From: Gemmatimonadales bacterium
GTDB lineage: Bacteria; Gemmatimonadota; Gemmatimonadetes; Gemmatimonadales; GWC2-71-9
Assembly (NCBI GenBank): GCA_041577295.1
Contig: JBFGJG010000006.1
Coordinates: 55,410 to 119,409, forward strand
Length of the DNA: 64,000 nucleotides
Direction: 5' to 3'
Shown: in pieces, positions 28,146-38,402 of the stretch
Position numbering within the stretch: position 1 is the first letter of the stretch
Layout of the letters: the number at the start of each line of letters is the position of its first letter
Made by a program: the position numbers and the translations under genes
Notes under the pieces: generated by a model
What the model saw: only the letters and a program-made list of their open reading frames with translations
What the model was told of the DNA's origin: nothing
Databases searched by the model: none

Positions 28146-29381
28146 TCAGTCGTGGCGGAGTAGGACGATCCCACTGGGGACCTTCGGAACGAAGTACGTG
28201 GATTTCTGCGGCATCGTCGCTCCCGCGTCGGCCACCGCCAACACCTGATCCACCGCGGGAGGATTCAACACCACCCCGCCAACTGCACCCTCCGTGACCG
28301 CTTGCGCGACGTCATTCGGATCCGGCGTGTACCGGACTTTGGCTGCGGTCCCTGCGGCCTGGAGCAAACGCCGCAGCACAAACGCATCTGCGCGGGCCAC
28401 ATCGAGCTGCATCACCGCGGGATGGTCCACGAGAGCGCGTTCGGCACTCTGGACCCGCCCTTGCAAGCCGAGCAGCGCGACGCGGTCTGGGAGGACCAAC
28501 GCACAGACCGGCTCCGATCCGCCAAGGTCCGACAACCGGCTAACGTAATCTTCTGCTCCCGACAGCTCGAGCACTGCAAGGTGTGCGCGGAACTCCTTGA
28601 GCAGCGACGCCGAGTCCACTGACTCCCCATACACGATGCGGTGGGTTGGTAATACGCTGAGGCCAGGATCGCCCAGCGGCACCACGAGCGCCAACGTTCG
28701 ATCCGCGAGCGAGCGCTCCCGAGCGTACGCAAGTGCGGTTTCGTATCGGTGATGACCATCGGCGATGTAGAGTGGCCCGGCACTTGCAGCCGCGGCCACA
28801 TCCTTGGCTTTCGACCCTGTGACAACCCAGAGCGCCAGCGACACATCATCCAAAATCGCCTCCGCGGTCGGGGGGCCCTCAGTCACCGCTTGTAGCAGGT
28901 TCAGCAGTGTCTCATCTGGGTCACGCGAGATCATGAGTAACGCGTCCATGACCGTGCGGCTTGCGCGTAGGAGAGCCAATCGATCCGCCTTTGGCCCAGC
29001 GTGCGTCTTCTCGTGCGGCCTGACCCGACCAGCGGAGAATTCCTCGACGGCCACCCCAACGATCACTCCCGTCCGGGAGCGAGAAAGGCCATCCGGAAGT
29101 TTGAAGCGTTGCCTTACGACCGTTACGCTCGGTTCGCGGTCGGCAACCAAGGTTCCTTCACCGCGCCACGTTGTAAGCGTGCGTGCGGCACGCGCGTACC
29201 GATCGTCGTCTCCTGCTGGGAGCAGTACGTGAACCACGTTGTGGGGATCGGTCGCGGCGAGCGTCTCGCGCTGCTTCGCGGAAATGACATCGTAGGGTGG
29301 CGCCAGGAGGACGCTCAGCGATTTCCGCGCGTCGTAACGCTCACCGATGAAGGGAACTGCCATGGGCGCTTGCATGTTCAT
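28146..29381 (-). CDS. DUF1015 family protein
   Basis: APPYDVIS, PHEKT, YIADGHHRYETA and MPQKSTYFVPKVPSG; ATG 29381 overlaps the rsgA stop. Confidence 0.9.
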   Translation of the reverse strand: MNMQAPMAVPFIGERYDARKSLSVLLAPPYDVISAKQRETLAATDPHNVVHVLLPAGDDDRYARAARTLTTWRGEGTLVADREPSVTVVRQRFKLPDGLSRSRTGVIVGVAVEEFSAGRVRPHEKTHAGPKADRLALLRASRTVMDALLMISRDPDETLLNLLQAVTEGPPTAEAILDDVSLALWVVTGSKAKDVAAAASAGPLYIADGHHRYETALAYARERSLADRTLALVVPLGDPGLSVLPTHRIVYGESVDSASLLKEFRAHLAVLELSGAEDYVSRLSDLGGSEPVCALVLPDRVALLGLQGRVQSAERALVDHPAVMQLDVARADAFVLRRLLQAAGTAAKVRYTPDPNDVAQAVTEGAVGGVVLNPPAVDQVLAVADAGATMPQKSTYFVPKVPSGIVLLRHD

Positions 29382-30292
29382 GCCCACGGTCGCGCGGCGC
29401 GTTGGGATTCCTCGAGCAGCCTGCGGTAGGACGTCAGGCGACTTTCGCGAATCTCCCCGTTTGCCACGGCGGCGATCACCGCACACTCTGGCTCTTCCCC
29501 ATGACGGCAGTTGTCGAATCGGCAACCCGCCCCATGGCGGCGAATCTCTGGAAATGCCGCCTCCACCTCGGCAGGATCGAGTCCCCACAGGCCGATATCA
29601 CGCAAACCCGGCGTGTCGACGACGAACCCTCGTTCGCCAAACGGGTGCATTTCCGCGGCGACGGTGGTGTGACGTCCAGTGGACGACTTCCGACTGACGT
29701 CTCCCGTCCGCAACCGCAGCCCCGGTTGGAGCGCGTTCAGCAGACTCGACTTGCCGACGCCCGTGGGTCCGGTGAATAGCGATATGCGACCCTCGAGGTG
29801 ATCTCGCAGGCCATCGAGTCCCTCGTGGTTCGGTACGCTCGTGGAAACGACGGGATACCCCGCCGCGCGGTACGGTTCGAGGTGCTGCTGGCAGTCGTCG
29901 GTAAGGTCACACTTGTTGATCACCACTACCGAAGGGAGTCCGTTTACCTCCGCCACTGCCGTGAACCGGTCGATGAGGTGAGGATCCCAGTCAGGGCGCC
30001 GGGCCGCGCCGACGACGACGATCTGATCGACATTGGCGGCGACAGGTCGTGTGCCGGTCGACTTACCCGGGCTGCGCCGCTTCAACACGGAACGCCGTGG
30101 CTCGACGGTTTCGATCGTCGCCGAGCGGTCGTCGTGGACCTGAACGGTCACCGCGTCCCCAACCAGCACCCGGCTCGCTGTGGACTGTTTGAGCCGACCT
30201 CGTAGCGACGCTTCGAGGATGGACCCCTCGCAGTAGACTTGGTACCGACCCCCCACCTTCGAGAGTACCGACCCCTGTCGAGTGGCTACCAG
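29378..30292 (-). CDS. rsgA: Ribosome small subunit-dependent GTPase A
   Basis: Circularly permuted GTPase (NKCD, GPTGVGKSS, GRHTT, DTPG) with C-terminal CRFDNCRHGEEPEC zinc site. The ORF track starts at 30256; I extended it to an in-frame CTG at 30292. Confidence 0.93.
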   Translation of the reverse strand: MVATRQGSVLSKVGGRYQVYCEGSILEASLRGRLKQSTASRVLVGDAVTVQVHDDRSATIETVEPRRSVLKRRSPGKSTGTRPVAANVDQIVVVGAARRPDWDPHLIDRFTAVAEVNGLPSVVVINKCDLTDDCQQHLEPYRAAGYPVVSTSVPNHEGLDGLRDHLEGRISLFTGPTGVGKSSLLNALQPGLRLRTGDVSRKSSTGRHTTVAAEMHPFGERGFVVDTPGLRDIGLWGLDPAEVEAAFPEIRRHGAGCRFDNCRHGEEPECAVIAAVANGEIRESRLTSYRRLLEESQRAARPWA

Positions 30293-30609
30293 TTGGGCTC
30301 CTCCCGACGTGCCTCGATCGCTTGATCGAGTAGCGCTTTCACTCGGTGGAGCGTAAGGGTCCGAACGGCTGCGCCAGCCTCCTCCGGCGTTGTGCCGTAC
30401 ATCAGGTATGGCGTTTCCACATGGCCCACTGGCCGATCTCCCGCTGACGACCAGCGCACGAAGAGGATCGCAGCGCCGTAGCGGCCGTCGGCGCCCGGTT
30501 CGTCATCGACGTAGACATCCACCGAGTACGCTTCGCCGTCGATTCCTTCGAAGGCGGGAGGGCGGTCATGCGTCGCGAAGTATCCACCCAATGTCGCGTC
30601 GTCGTTCAT
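30286..30609 (-). CDS. Conserved hypothetical protein
   Basis: MNDDATLGGYFATHDRPPAFEG..; ATG overlaps the stop of the proline dehydrogenase gene. Confidence 0.7.
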   Translation of the reverse strand: MNDDATLGGYFATHDRPPAFEGIDGEAYSVDVYVDDEPGADGRYGAAILFVRWSSAGDRPVGHVETPYLMYGTTPEEAGAAVRTLTLHRVKALLDQAIEARREEPNW

Positions 30610-31538
30610 CGGCGCACGCCCGCTTCCTTGAGCATACTGGCGACCATGAACGCCAGGTTCGCCGGGCGTTCGGCGAGTCGCCGCATCAAATACGGATACC
30701 ATGCCGACCCGAATGGGATGTAGACACGAACGCGGTATCCGTCACGCCGAAGGCGCTCCTGAAGATCTCGGCGAACACCGTAGAGCAATTGAAACTCAAA
30801 TCGGTCTTTGGCGATACCGTGGCGTACGGCGAGCTGCTCCGCTTTGTGGACAATGGCATCGTCGTGCGTAGCCAGCGCCGGCTTGCATCCCTCGGTCAGG
30901 AGCCGTTCCATAAGCCTGACGAAGGACTCATCCACCTCGTGGCGCTTCTGCAACGCCACTGCTGGCGGCTCCGCGTATGCGCCTTTGCAGAGCCGCACGC
31001 TCGCTCCCCGAGCTATCAGATCTTCGACATCCTCGGCCGAGCGTCGCAGGTAGCTCTGAATGACGACGCCCGTGCGATCGCCGAACTCCGGATGCAAGTG
31101 CTCGTAGAACAAATCCAGCGTGCGCTGCGTGTAGTCGGAACTCTCCATGTCGATGCGAACGAATACGCCGTGATCGGAGGCGCGACGGAGGATCGTTCGC
31201 ATGTTTTCCAAACAGAGAGATTCGTCCAGATCGAGGCCCAGTTGAGTGAGCTTTACCGATACTCCCCCATCGACAGCCTCACGTGCGATCGCCTCGACGG
31301 TTTCGAGGACCTCGTCCCGCGCCGCCATCGTCTCGTCGGCGTGAGTCACACTCTCTCCCAACACATCCAGACTCACAGCGATGCCCGACTCGTTCAGCAC
31401 GCGGCCGGCGGTCACCGCGCCCTCGACTGACTCACCAGCGACGAATCGAGAAGCGACTCTCCGGGCGAACCCATTCCGCTTGACGAAGTTGAAGATGCTG
31501 CGTCGCTCGGACAGCCAAAGAAACGTGCTCCGCAACAT
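30606..31538 (-). CDS. putB: Monofunctional proline dehydrogenase
   Basis: RFVAGE, SVKLTQLG, RIDME, RLCKGAY, ATHD and YLMRRLAERPAN motifs. Confidence 0.93.
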   Translation of the reverse strand: MLRSTFLWLSERRSIFNFVKRNGFARRVASRFVAGESVEGAVTAGRVLNESGIAVSLDVLGESVTHADETMAARDEVLETVEAIAREAVDGGVSVKLTQLGLDLDESLCLENMRTILRRASDHGVFVRIDMESSDYTQRTLDLFYEHLHPEFGDRTGVVIQSYLRRSAEDVEDLIARGASVRLCKGAYAEPPAVALQKRHEVDESFVRLMERLLTEGCKPALATHDDAIVHKAEQLAVRHGIAKDRFEFQLLYGVRRDLQERLRRDGYRVRVYIPFGSAWYPYLMRRLAERPANLAFMVASMLKEAGVRR

Positions 31539-31552
31539 GAGATTTGCTGCTA

Positions 31553-33679
31553 TCAGTCCGTGGGGTAAAACCGCTCCGCTCGTTCGGCCTGCTCTTGGAG
31601 GGCGGGTGCAGGTTGGAAGCGGTCGCCGTACTTGGCGGCAAGGTCGTTCATCACGGTCACGGCGTTGGCTGCCCCGATGTCATCGAGGTAGCGAAGGGGG
31701 CCGCCCCGGAACGGGGGGAAACCGATACCGAAGATGGCACCGATATCGCCATCGCGCGGCGATCGCACGACATTTTCGGACACGGCCATCGCGGCTTCGT
31801 TGAGCATCGCATAGATGAGCCGGTTTCGTACATCATTTGCGGGCACGCTGGTGTCCGGCTCCGCATCGATGATCTCGTACACGCTCTCATCGACGCCTCG
31901 TTTCTTGCCCTGTTCGTACCTATAGAAGCCGCGCCCATTCTTGCGCCCCAACCGCCCATCGGCGGTGATGCGGGCGAGGCTTTCTCCCGGCCGCAGCCGA
32001 GGGCCAAACGCCTCATGCAAGACGACGGCGGCCTTCTGCGCCACATCGAGGCCAACTTCGTCCAGCAAGGTGATTGGCCCGACGGGGAAGCCAAATTTGG
32101 TCATCGCCCGGTCGATGGTGTCGATCGACACCCCCTCCTCGAGAAGCCGGCCAGCCTCGTTGAGGTAAGGTGCGAGGATACGGTTGACCCAGAATCCGGG
32201 ACAGTCGCGCACCACGATCACCGTCTTCCCAATCGCGCGCCCAAACGTCACGGCAGTGACAGTAACCCACGGAGCTGTCTGATCGGTGACGATGACTTCG
32301 AGTAACGGCATCTTCTCCACTGGCGAGAAGAAGTGCATGCCAATCACCCGGTCGGGATGGCGGACGGCTTCCGCGATCCGTGCGATTGGAATCGTGCTCG
32401 TGTTCGATGCGAGCACCGCGTCATCATGCGCCTGTGCCTCCACCTCACGGAAGACGCGTCGCTTGACATCGAGATCCTCGAACACGGCTTCAATGACGAG
32501 GCCGGCACGTCCGAAGCCGTCCCACCCGGTGCCGCCCGAGAGCAATTGCTCCAATTCGCGAAACTCGTACTTGGTGATTCGCCGACGCTCCAGCCGACTC
32601 TTGAGGTACCCACGGGCCGCGCGGAGTCCTCGCCCTACAGCTTTGAGGTCGGTGTCGCGGAAGCGGACGTCCATTCTCGCCTGCGCGACCGCCACCCCTC
32701 CGATCGCTGCCCCCATGAACCCGGCGCCCACAATGGCGAGATTTTCGACTTTTCGCGGCGGTGGCGCGCGCTCCACGCCGGCGTCCTTCTTCAATGCGGT
32801 CGTTGCGAAGAAGATCTGAACGAGCTTGCGAGAGACGTCACCTACGGCCAGTTCGGCGAACTCGGCAGCCTCCCTCTCGAGTCCGGCCTGCAGCCCGTGC
32901 GCAAGGCCATGCTCGACGGCGCGCAGCGCTGCGAGTGGCGCGGGATAGTGCCCGCCCGTGCGCTTGAGCACTTGTTTACGCGCCGTCTTCAAGACGATCC
33001 TGCGACCCACGGGATTTTTCTCGAGCGCGAGATCCGCGATGCCCGCGCTACGACGGCTGGGACGCCAGCCATCCGCAAGACGCAGCGCGGCTTTGCGGGC
33101 CGCCTCCTTGAGCACCGCGGGGTGAACGAGCTCGTCCACAATCCCCGCACGATGCGCTCGGCGGGCCGGTAATTGCTTTCCCGTGAGGATCAGGTCGAGC
33201 GCTCGTCGCAAACCGATCAGACGTGGCAGCCGTTGACAGCCCCCGGCGGCCGGCAGGATGCCGAGCTGAACTTCAGGGAGCCCTAGTTTGGTCTTGGGAT
33301 CGTCGGTGGCGATGCGATAGGCGCACGCCAGCGCGGTCTCGAGACCGCCGCCCAGGCATGCACCGCCGATGGCAGCCACGGTCGGCTTGCCGAGCTCGGG
33401 AATCTTGTTGATGAGCTGTTGTCCGCCGGTGACTAGGCGCAGGGCTTCCTCGCGCGATGAGAGAGCGACGAACTCGTCGATGTCCGCCCCCGCAATGAAG
33501 CTCCCCGGCTTGGTGGAGATGAGCACCACCGCTCGCACCGAGTCGTCCGACCCCACGGTGCTGAGCAAGGGGGCGAGCTCATCGCGTACCCCTCGCGTAA
33601 TCTTGTTGACCGGCTCGTCGGAAAGGTTGAGCTCCAGCCACGCCACGCCCTCTTCCACCCGGAGACGGAACGCGCCCAC
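31553..33679 (-). CDS. fadJ: Fatty acid oxidation complex alpha subunit (enoyl-CoA hydratase/3-hydroxyacyl-CoA dehydrogenase)
   Basis: FIAGADI, GGGLE, LPEVQLG, GAGFMG, ASNTST, GMHFFSP and FPPFRGGP motifs. Confidence 0.93.
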   Translation of the reverse strand: MGAFRLRVEEGVAWLELNLSDEPVNKITRGVRDELAPLLSTVGSDDSVRAVVLISTKPGSFIAGADIDEFVALSSREEALRLVTGGQQLINKIPELGKPTVAAIGGACLGGGLETALACAYRIATDDPKTKLGLPEVQLGILPAAGGCQRLPRLIGLRRALDLILTGKQLPARRAHRAGIVDELVHPAVLKEAARKAALRLADGWRPSRRSAGIADLALEKNPVGRRIVLKTARKQVLKRTGGHYPAPLAALRAVEHGLAHGLQAGLEREAAEFAELAVGDVSRKLVQIFFATTALKKDAGVERAPPPRKVENLAIVGAGFMGAAIGGVAVAQARMDVRFRDTDLKAVGRGLRAARGYLKSRLERRRITKYEFRELEQLLSGGTGWDGFGRAGLVIEAVFEDLDVKRRVFREVEAQAHDDAVLASNTSTIPIARIAEAVRHPDRVIGMHFFSPVEKMPLLEVIVTDQTAPWVTVTAVTFGRAIGKTVIVVRDCPGFWVNRILAPYLNEAGRLLEEGVSIDTIDRAMTKFGFPVGPITLLDEVGLDVAQKAAVVLHEAFGPRLRPGESLARITADGRLGRKNGRGFYRYEQGKKRGVDESVYEIIDAEPDTSVPANDVRNRLIYAMLNEAAMAVSENVVRSPRDGDIGAIFGIGFPPFRGGPLRYLDDIGAANAVTVMNDLAAKYGDRFQPAPALQEQAERAERFYPTD

Positions 33680-33681
33680 GG

Positions 33682-34977
33682 TCAGGCCTGCTCCAGTACC
33701 ATGGCGAATCCCATTCCACCCTGCGCACAGACGGAGATGAGGCCGAGCGCCACCCTTCGGCGCCGCATTTCGTTCGCGAGGGTGAGCGTGATACGAGCAC
33801 CGGTAGCTCCGAACGGATGCCCAATGGCAATGGAGCCACCCATCACGTTCAACGTGTCTCGGTTGACCGTGCCGATCGGTTCAGATCTTCCGAGTCGCTC
33901 ATGGGCCCAGCTGCGGGACTCGAAGGCCTGAATGTTCGAGAGTACCTGCGCGGCGAAAGCTTCGTGCATCTCCACCAGCCCCAGCTCGTCCCAGCCAATG
34001 CCCGCGCGGTCGAGTGCCTTTGGCACTGCGTATGCCGGCCCCATCAGCAGCTGATCACCGGGGTCCAAAGCGGCGACCGCGTAGGAGCGAATGAAGACCA
34101 AGGGCTGGTAGCCGAGACTCTGCGCCGCGTCCTCGCTCATGAGCAGCACGGCGGCCGCTCCATCGGTCAACGGCGACGCGTTCGCGGCTGTCACAGTTCC
34201 GTATTTCTTATCGAACACCGGTGGCAGCGTCGCCATCTTGGCGAGGGTCGTATCGGCACGCACGCCGTTGTCGCGCACGATGGGCTCAACCTCACCGGGC
34301 ACGAAGACCGGTGCGATCTCGCGGGCGAGACGCCCGTCTTCCGTCCCAGCGTGAGCCAGTTCATGGCTTCGCAGCGCGAATTCATCCTGCGCTTCTCGGC
34401 TAATGCCGTTGATCTTGGCCATTTTCTCGGCGGACTGTCCCATCGTCTCACCGGTAGACGGTTCCGCGATGGCGGGGCTCACCGGTATTAGATCTTTGGG
34501 ACGGAAGTCCGAGAGTATCCTCAGCCGCTCTTTGGCGCTCTTCGCCCTGTTGAAGCCGATGAGCAGATTGGTGAACCGTCGCGAATGCAGGATTGGGACC
34601 TGAGACAAACTCTCGGCGCCGCCGGCAATGACCACGTCGGCGTGACCGTGCGCAATCTGATGATAGCCCTGGGCAATCGCCTCGTTGGCCGAAGCACACG
34701 CGCGATTGACAGACGCCGCCGGAATATGCTTCGGAAACTGGGGTAAAAGGCTCACTTCTCGGGCAAGGTTGGGCGCCAGCGGGCTCGGCACCACCTGACC
34801 GAAGTACATCGCACCGACTTCCTTGCCATCGAGGTTCATCCGGTGGACGAGCTCAACGGTCGCATGCTTCGCGAGGTCGACGGCCGTCAAGTCGTTGAAC
34901 GCGGTACCAGCCTTACAGAACGGCGTGCGGCAGCCGCCGACCACCGCTACACGGCGCCCATTCATCGAAGGTGACAT
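33682..34977 (-). CDS. fadI: 3-ketoacyl-CoA thiolase
   Basis: NRACAS, HEAFAAQ, GHPFGATG and CAQGG; adjacent to fadJ. Confidence 0.93.
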   Translation of the reverse strand: MSPSMNGRRVAVVGGCRTPFCKAGTAFNDLTAVDLAKHATVELVHRMNLDGKEVGAMYFGQVVPSPLAPNLAREVSLLPQFPKHIPAASVNRACASANEAIAQGYHQIAHGHADVVIAGGAESLSQVPILHSRRFTNLLIGFNRAKSAKERLRILSDFRPKDLIPVSPAIAEPSTGETMGQSAEKMAKINGISREAQDEFALRSHELAHAGTEDGRLAREIAPVFVPGEVEPIVRDNGVRADTTLAKMATLPPVFDKKYGTVTAANASPLTDGAAAVLLMSEDAAQSLGYQPLVFIRSYAVAALDPGDQLLMGPAYAVPKALDRAGIGWDELGLVEMHEAFAAQVLSNIQAFESRSWAHERLGRSEPIGTVNRDTLNVMGGSIAIGHPFGATGARITLTLANEMRRRRVALGLISVCAQGGMGFAMVLEQA

Positions 34978-35032
34978 GGTCCCAAAGCTAGTTTGTCGGA
35001 GGTGGCGCAGCTAGCATTGAAACGTCATCATT

Positions 35033-35572
35033 TCATTCGGTGGGACGTTGCGCCAGTACGCTGGCGAGCGCCATCTGTCGGCCGTCGATGGTTTCGATCA
35101 CGTCGCGGGCCAGGATGATCTCGAATGGGTGGACGAGGGACAGGAGCTCCGCGGGCCGCAGCAGATGATCCGGGGAGGAGGGACCCCAGCCAAATTCCCG
35201 CTGAGCTTCCAAAAAGGTCTCTGCCATGAAGTAGCCACCCGGAGCCACGGCGCCAAGAAACGTGTCCAATCGTGTCCGGTCGAGGTAATTGAAGATCATC
35301 ACTAGGTCGAATGGTCCCGCGGGGACTTGGTCGCTCCGTAAATCGGCTCTGACCCATTGGACCGTCACGCCCGATTCCTTCGCTGCCTGCGCAGCGGTGC
35401 GGAGCTTCTCCTCGTCCACATCCACAGCCACCACGTGGGCTCCGAGCTTGGCGGCGGCGATGGCGTTTCGGCCTCGGCCACACGCGAGATCCAGGACGCG
35501 CATCGATTTGTGAATCAGGGCCGAGTGCCAGACAAACCAGGGACTCGGAACGCATGGTTTGACCTCTGACAC
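35033..35572 (-). CDS. Class I SAM-dependent methyltransferase (TehB-like)
   Basis: VLDLACGRGRNA, VVAVD, FDLVMIFNYLDR and PGG motifs in the 35033..35716 frame. GTG 35572 (or 35584) is the likely start. Confidence 0.82.
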   Translation of the reverse strand: MSEVKPCVPSPWFVWHSALIHKSMRVLDLACGRGRNAIAAAKLGAHVVAVDVDEEKLRTAAQAAKESGVTVQWVRADLRSDQVPAGPFDLVMIFNYLDRTRLDTFLGAVAPGGYFMAETFLEAQREFGWGPSSPDHLLRPAELLSLVHPFEIILARDVIETIDGRQMALASVLAQRPTE

Positions 35573-35576
35573 GTTA

Positions 35577-37238
35577 ATGGACACTCCCTTTTCCTTTGAA
35601 ATACGGTCGCAACAGCTCGAGGCGATGGCCGCTGAAACGGTCGATCTGCTGATCTTGGGCGGCGGGATTACGGGAGCCGGGATCGCGCGCGACGCGGCGA
35701 TGCGAGGCCTTCGCACCGCCTTGGTCGATAAAGGCGACTTCGCCTGGGGAACTAGTTCCCGAACATGCCGGCTGATTCATGGTGGCTTGCACGACCTCGA
35801 GCTACGGCACTGGCGACGGGTGTTCGAAGCGAGTCGCGAGCGTCGCGTGTTGCTACGAATCGCACCGCATCTAGTACGTCAGCAGTCCTTCCTCTTCCCT
35901 ATCCATGAAGGGGGCCGGGTCACGCGCCTGAAGCTCTTCGCCTGGATGTGGCTCTACGACCTCCTCGCCCTCTTCCGAAACGTGCGCCAGCATCGATGGT
36001 TGAGCAAGCCGGAGGTCCTGCGCGCCGAGCCGGGATTGAGAATCCGCGGGCTCAAAGGCGGAGCACGCTACGGCGACGCGGTCTGTGACGATGCGCGATT
36101 GACCCTGGCCACTGTGCGTGATGCGCACCGGCGGGGGGCGTTGGTGGCAAACTACGCGCTGGCAGAGCGGCTCGAAATGGCGGAGGGCCGCGTTCGTGGC
36201 GCCCGGGTGGTCGATCTCACGACCGGGGTGGCTCACACCGTGCGCGCCAAGGTCGTAGTCAATGCGACGGGACCTTGGTCGGACGAGATCCGCTCCTCGC
36301 TCGGTGGCCGGGGTTTGCTGCAGCTGACCAAGGGTGTCCACCTGCTGATACCCCGCACCCGCGTCGGAAACCACGACGCCGTCACGTTTGCGACGCCGAT
36401 CGACGGGCGCCTGCTTTTCATTATTCCTCAAGGAGAGCTTACATACATCGGTACGACGGAAACCGACGAGACCGCTCAACCTGATGACGTTCGTCCGGGA
36501 ATCGATGACATCATCTACCTGCTGCGGTCCGTGAATGCGGTGTTCCCTGGGGCCCGGCTCACCCCGGATGACGTGCGCACCGCCTGGGCCGGATTGCTGC
36601 CGGGACGAGCGTCGTTTGGCTCGAGCCAGGACAGTGGCGCTGATGATGCCGCCATCATGGAAAGTCACCCCGGCCTGATCACGGTGATCGGAACGTCTTT
36701 GACGATGTATCGGAGTCTCGCTGCGAGAGCAGTTGACCACATCGCGAAGGTGTTACGTGAGTTGGATGGAAGAGAAGCGCCTGCACCGGCGGGAACCGAC
36801 CGGCATCCGCTTCCTGGTGGAGAGATACGCGATCCCGATTTGCTCGTGGACGTGGTAGTGCGGGAAGGCATGGCTCGACGTGTGGCCGAGCACCTCGTAG
36901 GCGCCCACGGCGGGGAGGCGCCTGCGATCGTGCGGATGGCGCTCGAGAACCCCGACTTGGGGCACCCGGTGGTCCGCGGACAGCCCGTGCTGCGCGCCGA
37001 GATCTACCATGCAATCCGGCGAGAGATGGCCGTCACCCTCGCCGATCTCATGATGCGTCGCACCCGCCTCTTTTATGAGGCACCGGATCACGCCGTGGCA
37101 GTGGCGGCGGAGGTTGCGGCAATCGCCGCAGGGGAGATGGGGTGGGATTCGGAGCGGACCGAATCGGAGTTGGCGGCCTATCGACAGGAAGTGGCGCGCG
37201 TCAACGCCTTCCGGTCCGATCCGACCGACCGCGATTAG
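35577..37238 (+). CDS. Glycerol-3-phosphate dehydrogenase/oxidase-like flavoprotein (GlpD family, divergent)
   Basis: GGGITG FAD motif, [27 protein letters not shown] and DLMMRRTRL. Confidence 0.85.
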   Translation: MDTPFSFEIRSQQLEAMAAETVDLLILGGGITGAGIARDAAMRGLRTALVDKGDFAWGTSSRTCRLIHGGLHDLELRHWRRVFEASRERRVLLRIAPHLVRQQSFLFPIHEGGRVTRLKLFAWMWLYDLLALFRNVRQHRWLSKPEVLRAEPGLRIRGLKGGARYGDAVCDDARLTLATVRDAHRRGALVANYALAERLEMAEGRVRGARVVDLTTGVAHTVRAKVVVNATGPWSDEIRSSLGGRGLLQLTKGVHLLIPRTRVGNHDAVTFATPIDGRLLFIIPQGELTYIGTTETDETAQPDDVRPGIDDIIYLLRSVNAVFPGARLTPDDVRTAWAGLLPGRASFGSSQDSGADDAAIMESHPGLITVIGTSLTMYRSLAARAVDHIAKVLRELDGREAPAPAGTDRHPLPGGEIRDPDLLVDVVVREGMARRVAEHLVGAHGGEAPAIVRMALENPDLGHPVVRGQPVLRAEIYHAIRREMAVTLADLMMRRTRLFYEAPDHAVAVAAEVAAIAAGEMGWDSERTESELAAYRQEVARVNAFRSDPTDRD

Positions 37239-38386
37239 GGTTCTACACCGGGCAGGGCCTCTGCCTCCAACCGAGAATCCCGGAAGTCTCGCGCTTGCCG
37301 ATAGGCCCTTTTGAGGTACTCCAACACCTCCTCGCGGCGCTCGTACAGTCGTCGGTGGGCTCTGGGTTTCCGCTTGGCCAGCGCGTAGGCCGTCAGGAGC
37401 GGGAGGCCGATGGTCGTGTCGACGTAGCACACCACGGCGTCGGGGAGTTGATCGGGATCGACCTTCCCCCAACTGACGGCTTCACCCGGTGTGGCGCCCG
37501 AGAGACCGCCCGAGTCCACCCGCGCATCGGTTAGCTGAAGGTAGTAATCGTGGCCGCGCTCTTCGATCCCCAGTACTTCTTGAATCTGAGGTTCGGTTTG
37601 CAGCACGAAGTTCTTCGGGCTGCCGCCGCCGACGATGAGGACACCACTCTTGCCTCCGTTGCGCTTCGCGTCGAGCACGATCGCCGCCGTCTCGTTCACG
37701 TCCGCCGACACATCGAACCGCAGCTTGTACCCCTCGATGGCCAGCTCAGCCACGTTCATGCCGATGGACGAGTCCCCGGGCGAGGACGTATAAATAGGAA
37801 CGCCTTGCGCGTGGGCCGTGCCGAGCAAGGACTTGTGTTTCAGACCCAAAACCCGTTCTCGCTCTCGTATGTACCCGCCCAAGCGGTAGTGATACTCCGC
37901 CGTGCTCATGGAACGTTGGAATTCTTCGCGCTGGGACACGCGTCGAATGAACTCATCGGTGCGAAGGAGCACGCCATAGTCGAAGAAGACGTCGTAGATC
38001 CGCACGACACCGCTCTTGCGGAGCTCGACGTCGTTCGCGAAGGGCGTCCCCCGATGCATGGAGTACCCCAGACCAAAGTGCGCGTCGTGGTAGAGGTTCG
38101 CGCCTGTGGAAACGATCCAATCGACAAACCCAGCCTCGATGAGCGGGATGATGGTGGACATGCCAAGGCCAGCGGGTGTCATCGCGCCCGTGAGGCTCAT
38201 GCCAACCGTGGCGTCGTCCGCGAGCATGCGCTCGGCGAACAAATGACACGCCTCCCGAAGTCGCCCAGCATTGTACGCCAAAAATGCGTTATCTATGAGG
38301 TCCGCAGCCCGGTCGTCACCCGTGATCGGACGCGGGTCGATCGAGCGTCCTTTCAGTAGCTGGCCTTTGTCTTGGGACATCTGCAC
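37235..38386 (-). CDS. Deoxyhypusine synthase-like protein (probable homospermidine synthase)
   Basis: [21 protein letters not shown] and [16 protein letters not shown] with the conserved Lys. Confidence 0.88.
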   Translation of the reverse strand: MQMSQDKGQLLKGRSIDPRPITGDDRAADLIDNAFLAYNAGRLREACHLFAERMLADDATVGMSLTGAMTPAGLGMSTIIPLIEAGFVDWIVSTGANLYHDAHFGLGYSMHRGTPFANDVELRKSGVVRIYDVFFDYGVLLRTDEFIRRVSQREEFQRSMSTAEYHYRLGGYIRERERVLGLKHKSLLGTAHAQGVPIYTSSPGDSSIGMNVAELAIEGYKLRFDVSADVNETAAIVLDAKRNGGKSGVLIVGGGSPKNFVLQTEPQIQEVLGIEERGHDYYLQLTDARVDSGGLSGATPGEAVSWGKVDPDQLPDAVVCYVDTTIGLPLLTAYALAKRKPRAHRRLYERREEVLEYLKRAYRQARDFRDSRLEAEALPGVEP

Positions 38387-38402
38387 TTCCTTTCAAATCA
38401 CG

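Noticed and set aside
35028..35555. 175-aa ORF from the track as the real gene
   Set aside because: Arg/Pro/Gly-rich shadow frame; the methyltransferase motifs are in the overlapping frame ending at 35033.
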